A stretch of DNA of 64,000 bases from NCBI GenBank assembly GCA_049323455.1, contig JBMONF010000029.1:3029-67028 (forward strand), read 5' to 3'. This DNA comes from Pseudomonadota bacterium. GTDB lineage: Bacteria; Pseudomonadota; Alphaproteobacteria; Dongiales; Dongiaceae. This document shows positions 63,091 to 64,000 of the stretch, piece after piece (within the stretch, counting starts at the first letter, position 1; each line of letters begins with the position of its first letter). A program made the position numbers and the translations under genes. The notes beneath the pieces are model-generated. The model did not search any database and was not told the DNA's origin. It saw only the letters and a program-made list of their open reading frames with translations.

Positions 63091-63546
63091 TCACCCGTTC
63101 CGGCCCGCGACCTCCGGCACCGAGCGGAAGGAGATCGCGAGCCGGTTCCAACCGTTGATCGTCACGATCACCATCGTCAGGTCGACCAGCTCCCGGTCGG
63201 AGAACTGGCGGCGCGCTTCTTCGTAGACCGCGTCGGGGACGTGGCCGTCGGCCACGAGCGTCACGGCTTCGGTCCAGGCCAGCGCCGCACGCTCGCGGTC
63301 GCTGTAGAGCGGCGTCTCGCGCCAGGCATCGAGCAAATAGAGCCGCTCCTCGGTCTCGCCCTCCTTGCGGGCGTCGCGCGTGTGCATCGCGATGCAGAAG
63401 GCGCAGCCATTGATCTGCGAGGCGCGGGTCTTCACCAGCTCCTGCAGCGAGGGCTCGATGCTGCATGTGTCGATATAGCCCTGGAGGCCCAGCATCGCCT
63501 TGTAGGCGCCGGGTGCGACCGCCGAGGGGCTCAGTCTCGCTTCCAT
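63091..63546 (-). CDS. Carboxymuconolactone decarboxylase / AhpD-like alkylhydroperoxidase family protein
   Basis: ATG at 63546 follows GGAAGGA. 151 aa. The characteristic ..LVKTRASQINGCAFCIAMHTRDARKEGETEERLYLLDAWRE...Y.DRERAALAWTEA.T (CxxC in the AhpD fold). Confidence 0.75.
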   Translation of the reverse strand: MEARLSPSAVAPGAYKAMLGLQGYIDTCSIEPSLQELVKTRASQINGCAFCIAMHTRDARKEGETEERLYLLDAWRETPLYSDRERAALAWTEAVTLVADGHVPDAVYEEARRQFSDRELVDLTMVIVTINGWNRLAISFRSVPEVAGRNG

Positions 63547-63703
63547 CTGCGTTGTTCCTTCCGGTGCTCTCGCCTTGGTCTTCGCGCGTCGGGTTCGCGC
63601 GGCGTCGATCGCGGATTCGGCGCTTGCCGTGCCGCGACGCGGCAAGTGATATTCCCGCATTGGCCCATTCGACAGGGCCAAGAACGGAAAATCCGACTAG
63701 GCC

Positions 63704-64000
63704 ATGGCCGAGCGCGAAAACGGCTTGAATTTCAGAACCCTGCGTCTCGACCGGCGGAGCGCAGCACCGCTCTACCGCCAGCTCTACGAGCGCATCCGCC
63801 AAGCGATCCTGACAGGCAATTTGGCGCCGGGGGCGCGACTGCCCTCCACGCGCAGCCTGGCAAGCCAGCTCGCCACCGCGCGCGGCACGGTCGAACTCGC
63901 CTATGCCATGCTCGCGAGCGAAGGCTATGTCGAAGGCCGCTCGGCCGCCGGCACGGTGGTGGCGCCGACGCTCGATACAAAGCGCCCGCCGCCGCGCGGC
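63704..64000 (+). CDS. GntR/MocR-family transcriptional regulator, N-terminal wHTH part; the 3' end lies outside the window
   Basis: ATG at 63704, open to the window end. ...APLYRQLYERIRQAILTGNLAPGARLPSTRSLASQLATARGTVELAYAMLASEGYVEGRSAAGTVV is a canonical GntR wHTH. The continuation after the HTH suggests a MocR/PdxR-type long protein. Divergent from the AhpD-like gene. Confidence 0.7.
   Translation, partial: MAERENGLNFRTLRLDRRSAAPLYRQLYERIRQAILTGNLAPGARLPSTRSLASQLATARGTVELAYAMLASEGYVEGRSAAGTVVAPTLDTKRPPPRG

Overview
High-GC (by eye ~65-70%) chromosomal segment that looks alphaproteobacterial, possibly Hyphomicrobiales or Rhodospirillales. About 25 kb on the minus strand is a complete division/cell-wall (dcw) cluster: mraZ-rsmH-ftsL-ftsI-murE-murF-mraY-murD-ftsW-murG-murC-murB-ddl-ftsQ-ftsA-ftsZ, followed by lpxC-bamD-recN-ligA. 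RNase P RNA (rnpB) and a phased TGGG-box array lie just upstream of mraZ. The rest is mostly housekeeping: ettA, mlaA/mlaC, a dppABCDF transporter, three tandem hsp20 genes, uvrD, prmA, pepP, an AmpD-like amidase, djlA, a TPR/GT41 glycosyltransferase and a fused 5-oxoprolinase. The most unusual items are: (1) a ~1.9 kb low-GC islet between pepP and ligA, carrying a DUF3892-like small protein and an HNH-type nuclease with a large unrecognised C-terminal domain. It is a candidate accessory, defence-like module that I cannot assign to a named system. (2) A single protein built from three tandem DUF1127 units. (3) Several families of nested palindromic repeats, two of which sit in frame inside the intact oxoprolinase ORF. 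No tRNA, rRNA, CRISPR array, integrase or transposase was seen. All calls rest on reading the translations and the sequence by eye; no database search was run.
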